Shown: positions 9,835-19,059, counted from the first letter of the stretch. The stretch is 32,000 bases of DNA from Pyrobaculum aerophilum str. IM2 (GCF_000007225.1 NC_003364.1:2130001-2162000), one strand, 5' to 3'. A program made the numbers and translations. Notes: generated by a model from the sequence alone, not told the origin.

Positions 9835-10803
9835 CTATTTTACAAACCCGTAGGCAGTTAAGTTCATATTTTTAAGGGCCTCTAATACGCAGTCTCCCTT
9901 TTCTGTAAAAGAGGCTACAAACGCCTCGAAATGGCCCACGTTAATAATCTTGGCGGGCTTTCCAGAGGGATCGAGCAATACTACTCTCACCGGCATTGGG
10001 GGATCGTTTAAAAAATCATATGGGGGCTTAAATACATAAACATACACCGCCTTCCCCCCGGGCGCCTCCCCGATATACGCCGTCCAATACCCCGTCTCCT
10101 CGCCGTGCGGCTTTAAGGACAAGTGTTTATTTACTAAAAAGGGCACGTAGGCATATACGCAATCCACAGCGCCTATTTCCAACTTCGTCCAAGCCCCGTC
10201 CAGACTCGGCGCGATGTCCGTGATGTTTGTATTAGGCAAGGCGCTTGGCACGGTTATAGTCAACGTCCCGTTGTAATAGAAGCCAACTCCCAACGCCTTG
10301 TATCTAGCCGTGAGATTTATCCCATAATCCCGCTGTAGCCACCAGCTCACGGCCAACTCCCTATAGCCAATAGGCGCCTTATTGGGATCCGCTAAAGCGA
10401 TTTTCACCTTGGCTAAATCCGCCAGATCTCTCAGGGGGGTTCTACACGCCAAGGCCAGTTTAAACCTGCCCAGAGAGAAGACGCCGCGGGGGCCTACCCT
10501 CTCTATATCCCCCCTAAGCTCTATGTCTACAGAAGCATATAGATCAACTCTAGACCCCGCTTGGATCTTCCTAAGCCCCTCCACAGAGCCCACTGACTGA
10601 ATGCCTCCCGTGCTCATGCCGGCTTTGGCCACGGCGTCTTTTATAACCCGTATTAACGTAGGAGCCACGAAGCTTGAGACGTCTCCCACGCAGGCGGCAG
10701 CACGGGGCTGTGAAGCGGGCTTTTGAGTTACAGCGACAATCCACGCTGCGACAATTAAAAGGGCTGATATTAGCACAATTAAGAGGGCTGTTTTCATGCG
10801 CAT
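9835..10803 (-). CDS. ABC transporter substrate-binding protein, molybdate/tungstate (ModA/WtpA-like), N-terminally membrane-anchored
   Basis: N-terminal TM helix, plus ADPNKAPIGYRE, which resembles the oxyanion-binding motif of WtpA/ModA-type binding proteins. Divergent from a ModB-like permease and an ATPase. Confidence 0.65.
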   Translation of the reverse strand: MRMKTALLIVLISALLIVAAWIVAVTQKPASQPRAAACVGDVSSFVAPTLIRVIKDAVAKAGMSTGGIQSVGSVEGLRKIQAGSRVDLYASVDIELRGDIERVGPRGVFSLGRFKLALACRTPLRDLADLAKVKIALADPNKAPIGYRELAVSWWLQRDYGINLTARYKALGVGFYYNGTLTITVPSALPNTNITDIAPSLDGAWTKLEIGAVDCVYAYVPFLVNKHLSLKPHGEETGYWTAYIGEAPGGKAVYVYVFKPPYDFLNDPPMPVRVVLLDPSGKPAKIINVGHFEAFVASFTEKGDCVLEALKNMNLTAYGFVK

Positions 10804-10956
10804 AAGACGACAAAATAAAGAGGCTATAAAAATTCACTTTACAAAAAATAAAAGTAAACAATTAGAAATAAATTAATAATAAATTGGTGTTTAGTAATGT
10901 TTTTAATTATTTAAGATTGAAGAAAAGCCTTTAAGGCGCTGAGACAGTAGGCTCTT
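10804..10956. promoter_or_regulatory. very AT-rich divergent promoter region of the Mo/W-type ABC transporter genes
   Basis: 153-bp gap between divergent starts. TTTTTATAG (minus strand) lies about 26 nt from start 10803. CTTTAAGG lies about 24 nt from start 10957. About 80 bp of A/T-rich DNA sits between them. Confidence 0.6.
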
Positions 10957-11676
10957 ATGGCCGTAGCCGCTGTTATTATACTCTTACTGCTATTAATAAT
11001 ACTGCCTCTGCTTTACGCCGGCCCGTTGCCGCCGGGGTTTACAGAGACGTTGTTAACCACGGCTTTTTTCAGCGGCGTAGCCTCTGTTATATCGCTTCCC
11101 TTTGGGCTGGCGACTGCTCTATGGGGGAGATCCCCTGGCAGGGCGTTTATCTCCCAAGTCTTGTATGTACCAGCCGTCGTCCCCCCCACTTCAGTCGGCG
11201 TCTTACTGCTAAGCGCTGTTATGAGCCCCTCGAAGATATGCTCGGCGGTGGGGCAGAATTGCGACTTTATATCAAACGCCTTATATGCCTTTTTTGTAAA
11301 TAAGCCCGCCGGGGTGTTGTTGGCAATGTTCGTCATGGCGTTACCAGTTTCGTATGTCGTTTTCGACGGGGCGTTGAGAGAAATCAGGGCTGAGGCTTAT
11401 TTCAAGTCCCTAGGCTTTAAGGGGGCCGGTTTGTTGTTGATGATACTGCTCTCCCTGAGGAAGGCTACTATCTCTGCCTTTATATTCTCCTTCCTCAGGG
11501 GCTTCGGCGAGTTGGGAGTGTTGTTAATATTCGCCTCATATCCCCCAACGCTTTCTATATACATATACAACGCCTGGCTTATCTACGGCGTTGGCCCAGC
11601 GGTTACGGCCTCGCTCCTCGCAATGGGAGTAGGGATAGTCTCGGCATATGTAGTGAGGATATGGTTCTCAAAATAA
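10957..11676 (+). CDS. ABC transporter permease (ModB/CysTW-like)
   Basis: Multi-TM protein with LYVPAVVPPTSVGVLLL, resembling the ModB PLVLPPVVxG segment. Confidence 0.75.
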   Translation: MAVAAVIILLLLLIILPLLYAGPLPPGFTETLLTTAFFSGVASVISLPFGLATALWGRSPGRAFISQVLYVPAVVPPTSVGVLLLSAVMSPSKICSAVGQNCDFISNALYAFFVNKPAGVLLAMFVMALPVSYVVFDGALREIRAEAYFKSLGFKGAGLLLMILLSLRKATISAFIFSFLRGFGELGVLLIFASYPPTLSIYIYNAWLIYGVGPAVTASLLAMGVGIVSAYVVRIWFSK

Positions 11677-12320
11677 CAAACCTCAAGGCCCGGAGGGGCG
11701 GGTTTCAGCTATATGTAGAGAGGCTAGAGGTAAACTCCGTGGTGGCGCTTGTGGGGAGAAACGGCAGCGGCAAAACTACTCTACTAGACGCAGTGGCCGG
11801 GCTCATTCCCGCCGAAGGCGCCGTGGAGGCTTGCGGGCGAGAAGTGTCGGCTCTCCCGCCCGAGGAGAGGAAGCTTGTCTACATCCAGGCAACCCCCGTA
11901 GACCTCCCAATGAAGCCGAGGAGGTTTTTACGCCTCGTGGCCTCAAAATGGGGGAAGGGGGAATGGGAGGTGAAGGAGGTTGTGGAGAGGCTGGGAATAG
12001 GGAATCTTCTAAACTCGTCCGGCCTCTCCACTGGGCAGAAACAACTTCTCAACATCGCCGCCGGACTGCTGGCTGAGCCCTGTGCCTTTTTAATGGACGA
12101 GCCCACATCGCATTTAGACTGGTTTAACAAAAGAATAGTGAACGACGTGGTGAAGAAAATCGGCGTCCCAGTCTTATACGTAACCCACGACCCCTTTGAG
12201 GCCTTTTATGTAGGAGACGTGATCTGCTTGATAGAAGGAGGGAGGATCCGGGGGTGCAGGGAGAACACCCCGGCGGATTTCTCAGAGGTGGAGAGGATCG
12301 TCAAGTCTCTCTATTTATAA
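11661..12320 (+). CDS. ABC transporter ATP-binding protein (short, no C-terminal regulatory domain)
   Basis: Walker A GRNGSGKTT, signature LSTGQKQLL, Walker B FLMDEPTSHLD, H-loop YVTHD. Confidence 0.85.
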   Translation: MVLKITNLKARRGGFQLYVERLEVNSVVALVGRNGSGKTTLLDAVAGLIPAEGAVEACGREVSALPPEERKLVYIQATPVDLPMKPRRFLRLVASKWGKGEWEVKEVVERLGIGNLLNSSGLSTGQKQLLNIAAGLLAEPCAFLMDEPTSHLDWFNKRIVNDVVKKIGVPVLYVTHDPFEAFYVGDVICLIEGGRIRGCRENTPADFSEVERIVKSLYL

Positions 12321-12905
12321 ACAACGTGCCGCGAATTTCCTCACAGCCTCTGCGACAGCCTTGACGTGCTCCTCTGTCTTGGGCGAGTGGCCCATGCCCT
12401 GCACCTCCACCACCTCCAGGGGGAAGTTAAATCTGTCGGAGAGGCCGGCGAGAATATCAATATGAGTCCTCGGCACTACGTAATCCTCAGAGCCTCTTAT
12501 GTAAAGCACTGGCGGCATTCCGTTGCCAATAAAACGAGACGGCGAAGTCTGTTCCAATTTACTCCCGAGGGACGCCAAGTCGTTGGCCAGTTTCTTAAGA
12601 TAGGGATCGCTGGACTGGGAGAGGTATTGCAACTGTAGCCTCCTATCCACTGGCGCCGCCACTGCTATAACGCACTTGACAGAACCCGGGTTTTTAGCGG
12701 CTAAGAGCAGGGCGACAGTCCCGCCCATGCTGTGGCCTGCGGCCACTGACACTGGTAGCTCTTTGAGGCCTCTCTCATAGCCGTCCTCTACATCTCTAAT
12801 TGGAGGCGCCACGACTCCAAAGCCCGCCTCCTCTAGGGGCTTTACCAGCCACTCAATGTTTGAGGGCGAGCTTTTATAACCGTGGAATACAATGGCCTTA
12901 GGCAT
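12315..12905 (-). CDS. alpha/beta-hydrolase (esterase/lipase-like)
   Basis: Nucleophile elbow GHSMGG, a late GMGHSP histidine region, and about 196 aa. Confidence 0.8.
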   Translation of the reverse strand: MPKAIVFHGYKSSPSNIEWLVKPLEEAGFGVVAPPIRDVEDGYERGLKELPVSVAAGHSMGGTVALLLAAKNPGSVKCVIAVAAPVDRRLQLQYLSQSSDPYLKKLANDLASLGSKLEQTSPSRFIGNGMPPVLYIRGSEDYVVPRTHIDILAGLSDRFNFPLEVVEVQGMGHSPKTEEHVKAVAEAVRKFAARCL

Positions 12906-12956
12906 GGCGTCAAGTGGGTTGTGCTTTATAAATTTTAGACCCCGTAATTGTTTTAA

Positions 12957-13799
12957 ATGGGAGTAGAAGGGGATGTGATGAAGTTGGAAGTTAAAATCAG
13001 CGGGTTGCCTCGGGACAAGAGGAATATTCTGGTGATGGCCTGCCCAGAGCCTTCCCTCGCAGGGGTAGTTGCCGTCGAGTACCTCATAGACGCGTTAAAA
13101 ATGGAGGAGATAGGCGCCATAAGGATCACAGAAATGCCCCCAGTTATTGCGGTGGTGAACGGAGCCGCCAAGCTCCCCTACAGGATTTTCTACTCCAGAG
13201 AGGCAGGAATAGTGGCAATTAGACAACACGTCCCAATACCTCCACAGATATATGCCGAGTTTATACGTAAAGTTTTAGACTGGGCAGAGGAGAACAAGGT
13301 AAAATTAGTGGTGTGCCTCTCAGCCATGCCAGCTGCGGGCGATAGGGAGAGCGAAAACGTGTATTTCGTCACAGAGGAGGGCTTAGTGGAAAAGTTTAAA
13401 CAATACGGCTTTGAGCCCATAAAGGAGGCGACGGTTGCCGGCCTAGAAGGGGCTTATCTAGACGCCGTATTGGGCAGGGGTATTGACGGCGCGTTGCTCA
13501 TCGCCGAGTCGAAATTACTCACAGCGATTAAAAGATTAGTGGACAGCGGCAAGATCTCCACCCACCGCGACGTGATGTTAATACTCAACGACTTAGTTGG
13601 CCGCGTGGGCCCAGACGTGGGCGCGGCCTTAAAGCTAATAAACGCCGTGGCTAGGCTGGCCGAGACCCAAATAGACACGGCGAAGTTGCAAGAGCACGCT
13701 TCTAAATACGCGTTTTTAATTGAGAAAAATCTCGAGGCACTCTTCAAGCCAGTAGAGGCCGTGGCGGCTCAACGGAGAGAGGTGCCGTTAGTGTTTTAA
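12957..13799 (+). CDS. PAC2-family proteasome assembly chaperone-like protein
   Basis: N-terminal NILVMACPEPSLAGVVAVEYLIDALKMEEIGAI... matches the PAC2/COG1938 pattern. A TTTATAAATTTT TATA lies about 25 nt upstream of the ATG at 12957. Confidence 0.65.
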   Translation: MGVEGDVMKLEVKISGLPRDKRNILVMACPEPSLAGVVAVEYLIDALKMEEIGAIRITEMPPVIAVVNGAAKLPYRIFYSREAGIVAIRQHVPIPPQIYAEFIRKVLDWAEENKVKLVVCLSAMPAAGDRESENVYFVTEEGLVEKFKQYGFEPIKEATVAGLEGAYLDAVLGRGIDGALLIAESKLLTAIKRLVDSGKISTHRDVMLILNDLVGRVGPDVGAALKLINAVARLAETQIDTAKLQEHASKYAFLIEKNLEALFKPVEAVAAQRREVPLVF

Positions 13800-13834
13800 G
13801 AAAAATTTATTAAAGGGGACAAGCCTTTTTCCCC

Positions 13835-14374
13835 ATGCCTAGCTGGAAAGAGCTAGTTTTAGTAAAGGGACACCCAATGCAGAGGATATATATAGAGAAA
13901 GTAGTTGTGAACATAGGCGTCGGCGCCAGCGGCGAGAAGTTAGAAAAAGCGGCTGGACTGTTAAAAGAGCTAACTGGTGCAGAGCCCTCGAGGAGAAGAG
14001 CCAAGAAGTCCATAAAAGACTTTGGAATAAGAAAGGGCGAGCCAATAGGAGTAGCGGTCACCCTCAGGAGAGACCAAGCCGTAAACTTCTTAATGCGGGC
14101 GCTACAGGCGGTGAACAACAGAGTAAAAAAGACCAGTTTTGACGACAGGGGCAACGTTTGTTTTGGAATAAAAGAGCACATCCTGCTCCCCGGGGTGAAA
14201 TACGACCCAGCCGTTGGCATATGGGGCATGGACGTCTGCGTAAAACTCGCCAAGCCGGGGCTAAGAGTACAGCTTAGAAGAAGGCGGAGGAGCAAAGTGG
14301 GGAAAAGGCAATTGGTAACAAAAGAGGAGGCAATTGAATTCTTCCAAAAAGTACTAGGCGTACAAGTAGACTAG
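13835..14374 (+). CDS. rpl5: 50S ribosomal protein L5 (uL5)
   Basis: HPMQRIYIEKVVVNIGVG...IKDFGIRKGEPIGVAVTLR is canonical archaeal L5. A TATA (AAAAATTTATTAAA) lies about 25 nt upstream. Confidence 0.93.
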   Translation: MPSWKELVLVKGHPMQRIYIEKVVVNIGVGASGEKLEKAAGLLKELTGAEPSRRRAKKSIKDFGIRKGEPIGVAVTLRRDQAVNFLMRALQAVNNRVKKTSFDDRGNVCFGIKEHILLPGVKYDPAVGIWGMDVCVKLAKPGLRVQLRRRRRSKVGKRQLVTKEEAIEFFQKVLGVQVD

Positions 14375-14496
14375 TAGCTATTAGGCGTTGAGATCTCACT
14401 CTTCTGGGCGCGTCATTCTACGCGAAGCGACAATAAAGTCAAATAATCGTGTTGTAGGCCACTGTTAAAGTTATAAAACCCCGGGTTGAACGAGAT

Positions 14497-15003
14497 GTGT
14501 TGCTAGTTGCAGTGTCTGACAGCCACGACAACATCGCCGCTATTAAAAAACTAGGCGATGCGTTGAGATCTAGAGGAGTATCGTTAGTAATACACGCAGG
14601 CGACTGGGTATCCCCCTTCACAGCCCGGTTTTTGAGGGAAGCGGTGGGAGAGGGGGTTAGGGTGGTGGGAGTGTGGGGGAACAACGAGGGGGAAAGGCCG
14701 TACTTTTTAGAGGTCGCCAAAAAGTTCAACGTTGAGATCGCGGGAGATGCGGCGGAGTTAGAAGTGGCGGGGAGGAAGATCGCCGTGTACCACGGCACAT
14801 CTCCAGTCTTGCTTAAAGCCTTGGCCGAATCGGGGCTGTACGACATTGTGATATACGGCCACACCCACCAAGCAGTAATAGAGAAAAGGGGGAGGACTCT
14901 CGTCGTAAACCCCGGGGAGTTGTGCGGTTGTCTCACTGGGCGTAGCTCCTACGCCTTAATAAACGTTGAAAAACTGGAGGTGGACTTAATTTATCTCACG
15001 TGA
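14497..15003 (+). CDS. metallophosphoesterase, YfcE/MJ0936 family
   Basis: Motifs VSDSHDN, HAGDW, GNNEGE and GHTH. A GTTAAAGTTATAAAA BRE/TATA lies about 25 nt upstream of the GTG. Confidence 0.85.
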   Translation: MLLVAVSDSHDNIAAIKKLGDALRSRGVSLVIHAGDWVSPFTARFLREAVGEGVRVVGVWGNNEGERPYFLEVAKKFNVEIAGDAAELEVAGRKIAVYHGTSPVLLKALAESGLYDIVIYGHTHQAVIEKRGRTLVVNPGELCGCLTGRSSYALINVEKLEVDLIYLT

Positions 15004-16244
15004 AATGGTCGCCTGATGAGTTAATATCGTTTGTGGCTAAGGTCCTTTACGAAGTCGCGGCCAACGGCCTTACTTTAGACTACGCCTTTCAAAAAGTTAA
15101 GCGGAATTGGCGAAGTCTACAGAGCTTTAAGGTGTTTTACGACGTCTCTTTTGACGCCGTTAGACACTATTACTTTTTAAAATTCGCCGCGTCTAAACTA
15201 TTCGGCTCCTCTGCCATGAAGGCCGTCGCTAAGGCGTGGTTTATATATAGAGCTGATGCGTTGCTTTATAATAAGGACTTAGTGACGCGGTATAAGAAGA
15301 GGCTGTTGAAAAGAGCCTTAGCCCGGCCCGAGGAGGCGTTGGAACAACTAGAGGGGCTTAGAGACAACGCCGTGGAGTACCTCTCGGTGAAATACAGCTA
15401 CCACCCGAAAATTGTCTCAACTCTCCTCTCCCACCTTCCCCAGGGAGAGGTTGAAAGATTGTTGGAGGCTGGGAACGCCACCTGGATCTGGCTGAGGATA
15501 AACACGTTAAAGGCGGATATCGACAAGGCGTTGAGAATTCTAGAGGCTGAGGCCGAGGTAGAGCCACATCCCAAAATCCCCTTTGTCGTGTTGTTAAAAA
15601 ATGCCAAGAGGCCTGTGCAATACTTAGAGGCAGTGAAGCGCTTCTTAGCAATACCGCAAGATCTCGCCTCTATATACGCAGTGCTGTCTCTGAACCCCCA
15701 GCCGGGGGATCGCATAATTGACCTCGCCGCTGCGCCCGGGATGAAGACTAGCCTAATCGCCCAGCTGGCGGAGGGGAGGGCTAAAATAGTGGCTGTGGAC
15801 CTCTCCGCAAAGCGGGTTTCGAGAATGAGGCACTTGCTTAAAAACCTTGGCGCTGGGGGATTTGTAGAGGTAGTCAGGGCGGACTCCCGGGCGTTGAAAA
15901 CTAGGCGTTTTGACAAGGCGCTTTTAGACGCCCCGTGCACTTCCAGCGGCGCCTTTACTAAAGAGCCTGCGGTGAAGATTTACCCCAGGTTGGAGGACGC
16001 CCCGAAGTACAGCAAATTACAAAAGGCGCTTTTAAAAAACGCCTTGTCTCTGGCCAGTGAAGTGGTATACGCCGTCTGTAGCATACTCCCCGAGGAGGGC
16101 GAAGAAGTCGTTACGAGCGTAGGGGCCAAGGCGGAGAAGCCCCTGGGGGATTTGGCCTCCTCTTACAGAGGGGAGGTGGGAGGAAGGACCTTCCCCCACG
16201 TTCACAAGAGCGAGGCCTTTTTCATATCTAGACTCAGGGAATGA
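15000..16244 (+). CDS. RsmB/Nop2/Sun-family RNA cytosine-C5 methyltransferase
   Basis: SAM-binding DLAAAPGMKTS and catalytic LLDAPCTSSGAF motifs. The GTG overlaps the upstream stop codon. Confidence 0.85.
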   Translation: MKWSPDELISFVAKVLYEVAANGLTLDYAFQKVKRNWRSLQSFKVFYDVSFDAVRHYYFLKFAASKLFGSSAMKAVAKAWFIYRADALLYNKDLVTRYKKRLLKRALARPEEALEQLEGLRDNAVEYLSVKYSYHPKIVSTLLSHLPQGEVERLLEAGNATWIWLRINTLKADIDKALRILEAEAEVEPHPKIPFVVLLKNAKRPVQYLEAVKRFLAIPQDLASIYAVLSLNPQPGDRIIDLAAAPGMKTSLIAQLAEGRAKIVAVDLSAKRVSRMRHLLKNLGAGGFVEVVRADSRALKTRRFDKALLDAPCTSSGAFTKEPAVKIYPRLEDAPKYSKLQKALLKNALSLASEVVYAVCSILPEEGEEVVTSVGAKAEKPLGDLASSYRGEVGGRTFPHVHKSEAFFISRLRE

Positions 16245-17373
16245 CCGTGGCGCCGGTGCGTTCAAAATACAGCCGGGCCTCTTCATACACGTCGTCGAGG
16301 ACATAGGCCAGATGGTTGCCGAGGCCCGCCCTCAGCACATCTCTCCCGCGGCCAGTTAATAGCCTCACAGCGACTTGAGTACTACAAGCCTCAACTCTCT
16401 GCGCCTCTATAGTGACGCCCTTGAGGAGGAGGGCTTTTTTCAAATCGCTTGAAACTCTGAGGAGAGTCACCGGCAGGCCCGGCGGCACCTCTACTCTCAA
16501 CGCAGCGGGGGCCCTAGTGGCCATCCGGGGGACGATTGAATACCTCCCAAAGGAAGGCGGCGCTCCGTCGTGAGTTAATAACAACACGTCGTCTCCAACA
16601 GAATTGACGTTACTTATCCAAGAGGGCTTTCCAGACAGTCTTTTTAAAACCACCGCTGAATAGAGGGCCCTCAAATCGCCTTCACACGTAGCAGTGATCC
16701 CCCAGTCGTTAAGAACGGCCAGGGAGATGCACGGAGTCCACTTGCGGAGGCTCACTTTTTCAAAATCAAAACACCAACAACCCAGAGTCAGGCCATCGAC
16801 GTTTTTAGCCGCCTCCCGCAGGGCTTTGGCATATGCCATAATCCTTGCGATTTCCCCCACGCCGAAATCGCTATGTTCCGCCTTTGATAACAAATCCCCA
16901 GCCTCGGCCGCCGCCTCAATCTCTAGGCTTTTTCTATAAACTTCCTCCTCATTTATGGCGACGTCGGGCTTGCCTGGGAGGTCGGAGGCCGCAAGCCATT
17001 TATTGGGAGCGCCCACAAGCGCCAGTCTGGGAGGCTTTTGCAACAACTCCACTACTCTGAGGATTCTCTCCACTCTCCCGGCAGGCGGCGGAGATCCCGG
17101 GGCCTCCAGCTGTATCACCTCTGCGAATTTCCCGCTCTCTCTCAACGCGGCCGTAGCCTCGAGGGCGGCCGGCAAGGAGTTATAATGAGGCCACGCCAGC
17201 AATATGTTGTAATCGCCCGCGTTTGCTAAAATCTCAGGCTCTGACCCGCCGGTTAAGACTAGTATGAAATTAGCCCTTGGCAGAAAGTCCCTGAAGGCCT
17301 CTTCGTAAATACGCCTATACTCCTCGCGCGTTTCGTCGTCCACGTTAGGCGCTGCCGCGACGCGGAGTCCCAT
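16234..17373 (-). CDS. hypothetical protein with resemblance to the fucose/arabinose-isomerase-like (COG2407-type) family
   Basis: TPCISLAVLNDWGITATCEGDLRALYS resembles the ACEGD-containing segment of that family. Otherwise unassigned. It lies 23 nt downstream of the UPF0210 gene on the same strand. Confidence 0.5.
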   Translation of the reverse strand: MGLRVAAAPNVDDETREEYRRIYEEAFRDFLPRANFILVLTGGSEPEILANAGDYNILLAWPHYNSLPAALEATAALRESGKFAEVIQLEAPGSPPPAGRVERILRVVELLQKPPRLALVGAPNKWLAASDLPGKPDVAINEEEVYRKSLEIEAAAEAGDLLSKAEHSDFGVGEIARIMAYAKALREAAKNVDGLTLGCWCFDFEKVSLRKWTPCISLAVLNDWGITATCEGDLRALYSAVVLKRLSGKPSWISNVNSVGDDVLLLTHDGAPPSFGRYSIVPRMATRAPAALRVEVPPGLPVTLLRVSSDLKKALLLKGVTIEAQRVEACSTQVAVRLLTGRGRDVLRAGLGNHLAYVLDDVYEEARLYFERTGATVIP

Positions 17374-17396
17374 ATGTAGAAAAGTTTTCCCATTTA

Positions 17397-18743
17397 TTAG
17401 CCCTTCTTCAGCCTCTCCACGCCGGGCGGCGCGGTGCCGCCTCTTGACATAAGCGGTATTTTAGAATACCGCGATATTTCCATAACGGCAACCTTGCCGT
17501 AAAGCCCGCCCAAGTCGTAATAGTCCCCCGGCTTGCCGCCTGGCACTGGCACTAGCCTAACGCCCAGGGGCTTATCTAAATAAACGGCGAGGGCCATTAC
17601 GTCAGCAATTATCGCGGCCACCACATCTGCGCTGGCATCCCCCGGAATGCCAATCATGTCGAGGCCTGTGTTACACACGGCGGCCATGGCCTTAAGCGTG
17701 TCTAACGTCACAGCCCCCTCGGCGGCTGCCTGTGCCATTACGGCGTCTTCGCTTACGGGTATAAAAGCGCCGCTAAGGCCGCCGATATTAGAGACAGCCA
17801 TAGCCCCGCCTTTTTTCACCGCGTCTACAAATAGTGCCAGGGCGAAGACAGATCCCGGCGAGCCAACTCTCGGGAGCCCCATTGCCTCTAAAATAGCCGC
17901 AACTGAGTCCCCCACCTTAGGGGACGGCGCTACGCTTAAATCCACAGCGCCAAATGGCACGCCCAATTCCTTAGACACCTCCCTCCCCACTAACTCCCCC
18001 AGCCTAGTTATTTTAAAAGCCGCCCTCTTAATAGCGTCGTGCAAAGTCCTGGCGTCAGCCTCTGGCAAATTCCTAACCACGGCCTCCACTACGCCGGGGC
18101 CGCTTACTGCGATATTAATAACTGCGTCTGGAAGGCCGAGGCCGTGGTAGGCTCCCGGCATAAAGGGAACGTCTTCGGGCAGATTTGCCGTCACTGCAAA
18201 TCGGGCTGCGGCGTGAGGCTTTAAGCTGAGGATTATGTCGGCGGATTTCCTAACTGCGTCTAAATTAATCCCCGTCATGGTGGAGGCCACGTTTAAAAAG
18301 CCGGCCAGCCTCGAGGTGCCGTTTAAAGCCTCTGCCAGCCCCTCCATTAAAGCCCTATCCCCACGGGACACGCCGGCGTGTTCAAACGCCGAAAAGCCGC
18401 CCACCATATCCACTCCGTACTTGCCGGCCAAATCGTCGAGAAAATACGCCAGCTCCACGGTCGACTTGGCGTCGCCAATTGGCTCTAGCATTATAGACAC
18501 GGGGGACACGGCGAGTCGCACCGTGACGATCCTCACGCCGAGTCTGGAGGCCACTTTTTCCACAGCCGGCCTCAGCTTTTTTAAATAAGGCTCTAGAAGT
18601 TCTTCAAGCGCTGAGATGGTATCGGATACTCTGTGCCTAATAGCCGGCAGCGTGTTAACGCTGAGAGTCACCGCCCTTATGTCCAGCTCTCTGAAAAGAA
18701 GCATTTCTAAAATTTCGCCTATCTCCTTGGGGTCAAACCTCAT
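17397..18743 (-). CDS. UPF0210 (DUF711) family protein
   Basis: The N-terminus MRFDPKEIGEILEMLLFRELDIRAVTLSVN and the length (448 aa) are typical of UPF0210. ATGA overlap with the upstream ACT gene. Confidence 0.8.
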   Translation of the reverse strand: MRFDPKEIGEILEMLLFRELDIRAVTLSVNTLPAIRHRVSDTISALEELLEPYLKKLRPAVEKVASRLGVRIVTVRLAVSPVSIMLEPIGDAKSTVELAYFLDDLAGKYGVDMVGGFSAFEHAGVSRGDRALMEGLAEALNGTSRLAGFLNVASTMTGINLDAVRKSADIILSLKPHAAARFAVTANLPEDVPFMPGAYHGLGLPDAVINIAVSGPGVVEAVVRNLPEADARTLHDAIKRAAFKITRLGELVGREVSKELGVPFGAVDLSVAPSPKVGDSVAAILEAMGLPRVGSPGSVFALALFVDAVKKGGAMAVSNIGGLSGAFIPVSEDAVMAQAAAEGAVTLDTLKAMAAVCNTGLDMIGIPGDASADVVAAIIADVMALAVYLDKPLGVRLVPVPGGKPGDYYDLGGLYGKVAVMEISRYSKIPLMSRGGTAPPGVERLKKG

Positions 18744-19012
18744 ATCCTCTGCATATACTTAAACACGTCTATGTGATAAACGGCGACCATTACGCCTAGA
18801 CGCTTCCCCTCCTCCTCAAGCTCTCTACGCAGTTGGGAGATGTCCACATCCGCCTTTGAGATGTCCACAATCATAACCATAGAGAATATATTTTGCACTA
18901 CTGTTTGTGAGATATCCACAATATTGACGTTGTGCTTGGCCAGAACCGACGAGATCCCGGCCACAATGCCCACTCTATCGGCCCCCAATACGGACACCAC
19001 TGCGAGCTCCAT
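18740..19012 (-). CDS. ACT-domain protein (UPF0237 type)
   Basis: VVSVLGADRVGIVAGISSVLAKHNVNIVDISQTV is a classic ACT-domain opening. It is paired with UPF0210, as in many genomes. Confidence 0.8.
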   Translation of the reverse strand: MELAVVSVLGADRVGIVAGISSVLAKHNVNIVDISQTVVQNIFSMVMIVDISKADVDISQLRRELEEEGKRLGVMVAVYHIDVFKYMQRI

Positions 19013-19043
19013 AAAACTTCTACTTCAGTAATTTTAAAACATA

Positions 19044-19059
19044 GGGGACAGCTGTCCCC
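19044..19059. promoter_or_regulatory. 16-bp perfect palindrome GGGGACAGCTGTCCCC next to the TATA of the ACT-UPF0210 operon
   Basis: Read directly. The minus-strand TATA GTTTTAAAAT (19031-19040) is about 24 nt from the ATG at 19012, and the palindrome starts 4 bp further upstream. Confidence 0.5.

Noticed and set aside
13810-14295. 161-aa ORF on the minus strand, antisense to rpl5
   Set aside because: It lies entirely within the strongly recognisable L5 gene. The translation is Ser/Pro/Leu/Thr-rich low complexity with no motif, which is typical of a shadow ORF in G+C-rich coding DNA.
14387-14570. Shared 10-11-mer (C)GTTGAGATCT at about 14387, 14560 and 31043
   Set aside because: In an all-against-all comparison of 32 kb, hundreds of identical 10-mer pairs are expected by chance. 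Two of the copies lie in coding sequence and have no common context.
14439-14936. 165-aa ORF antisense to the metallophosphoesterase gene
   Set aside because: Shadow ORF. The opposite strand carries all four metallophosphoesterase motifs, and the antisense translation is low complexity.
15398-15940. 180-aa ORF antisense to the RsmB/Nop2 methyltransferase; the same applies to 17647-18150 (antisense to UPF0210) and 29992-30387 (within the NnrS-like gene)
   Set aside because: All are shadow ORFs opposite or out of frame with genes that have clear family motifs. Their compositions are Ser/Ala/Pro/Arg-biased.
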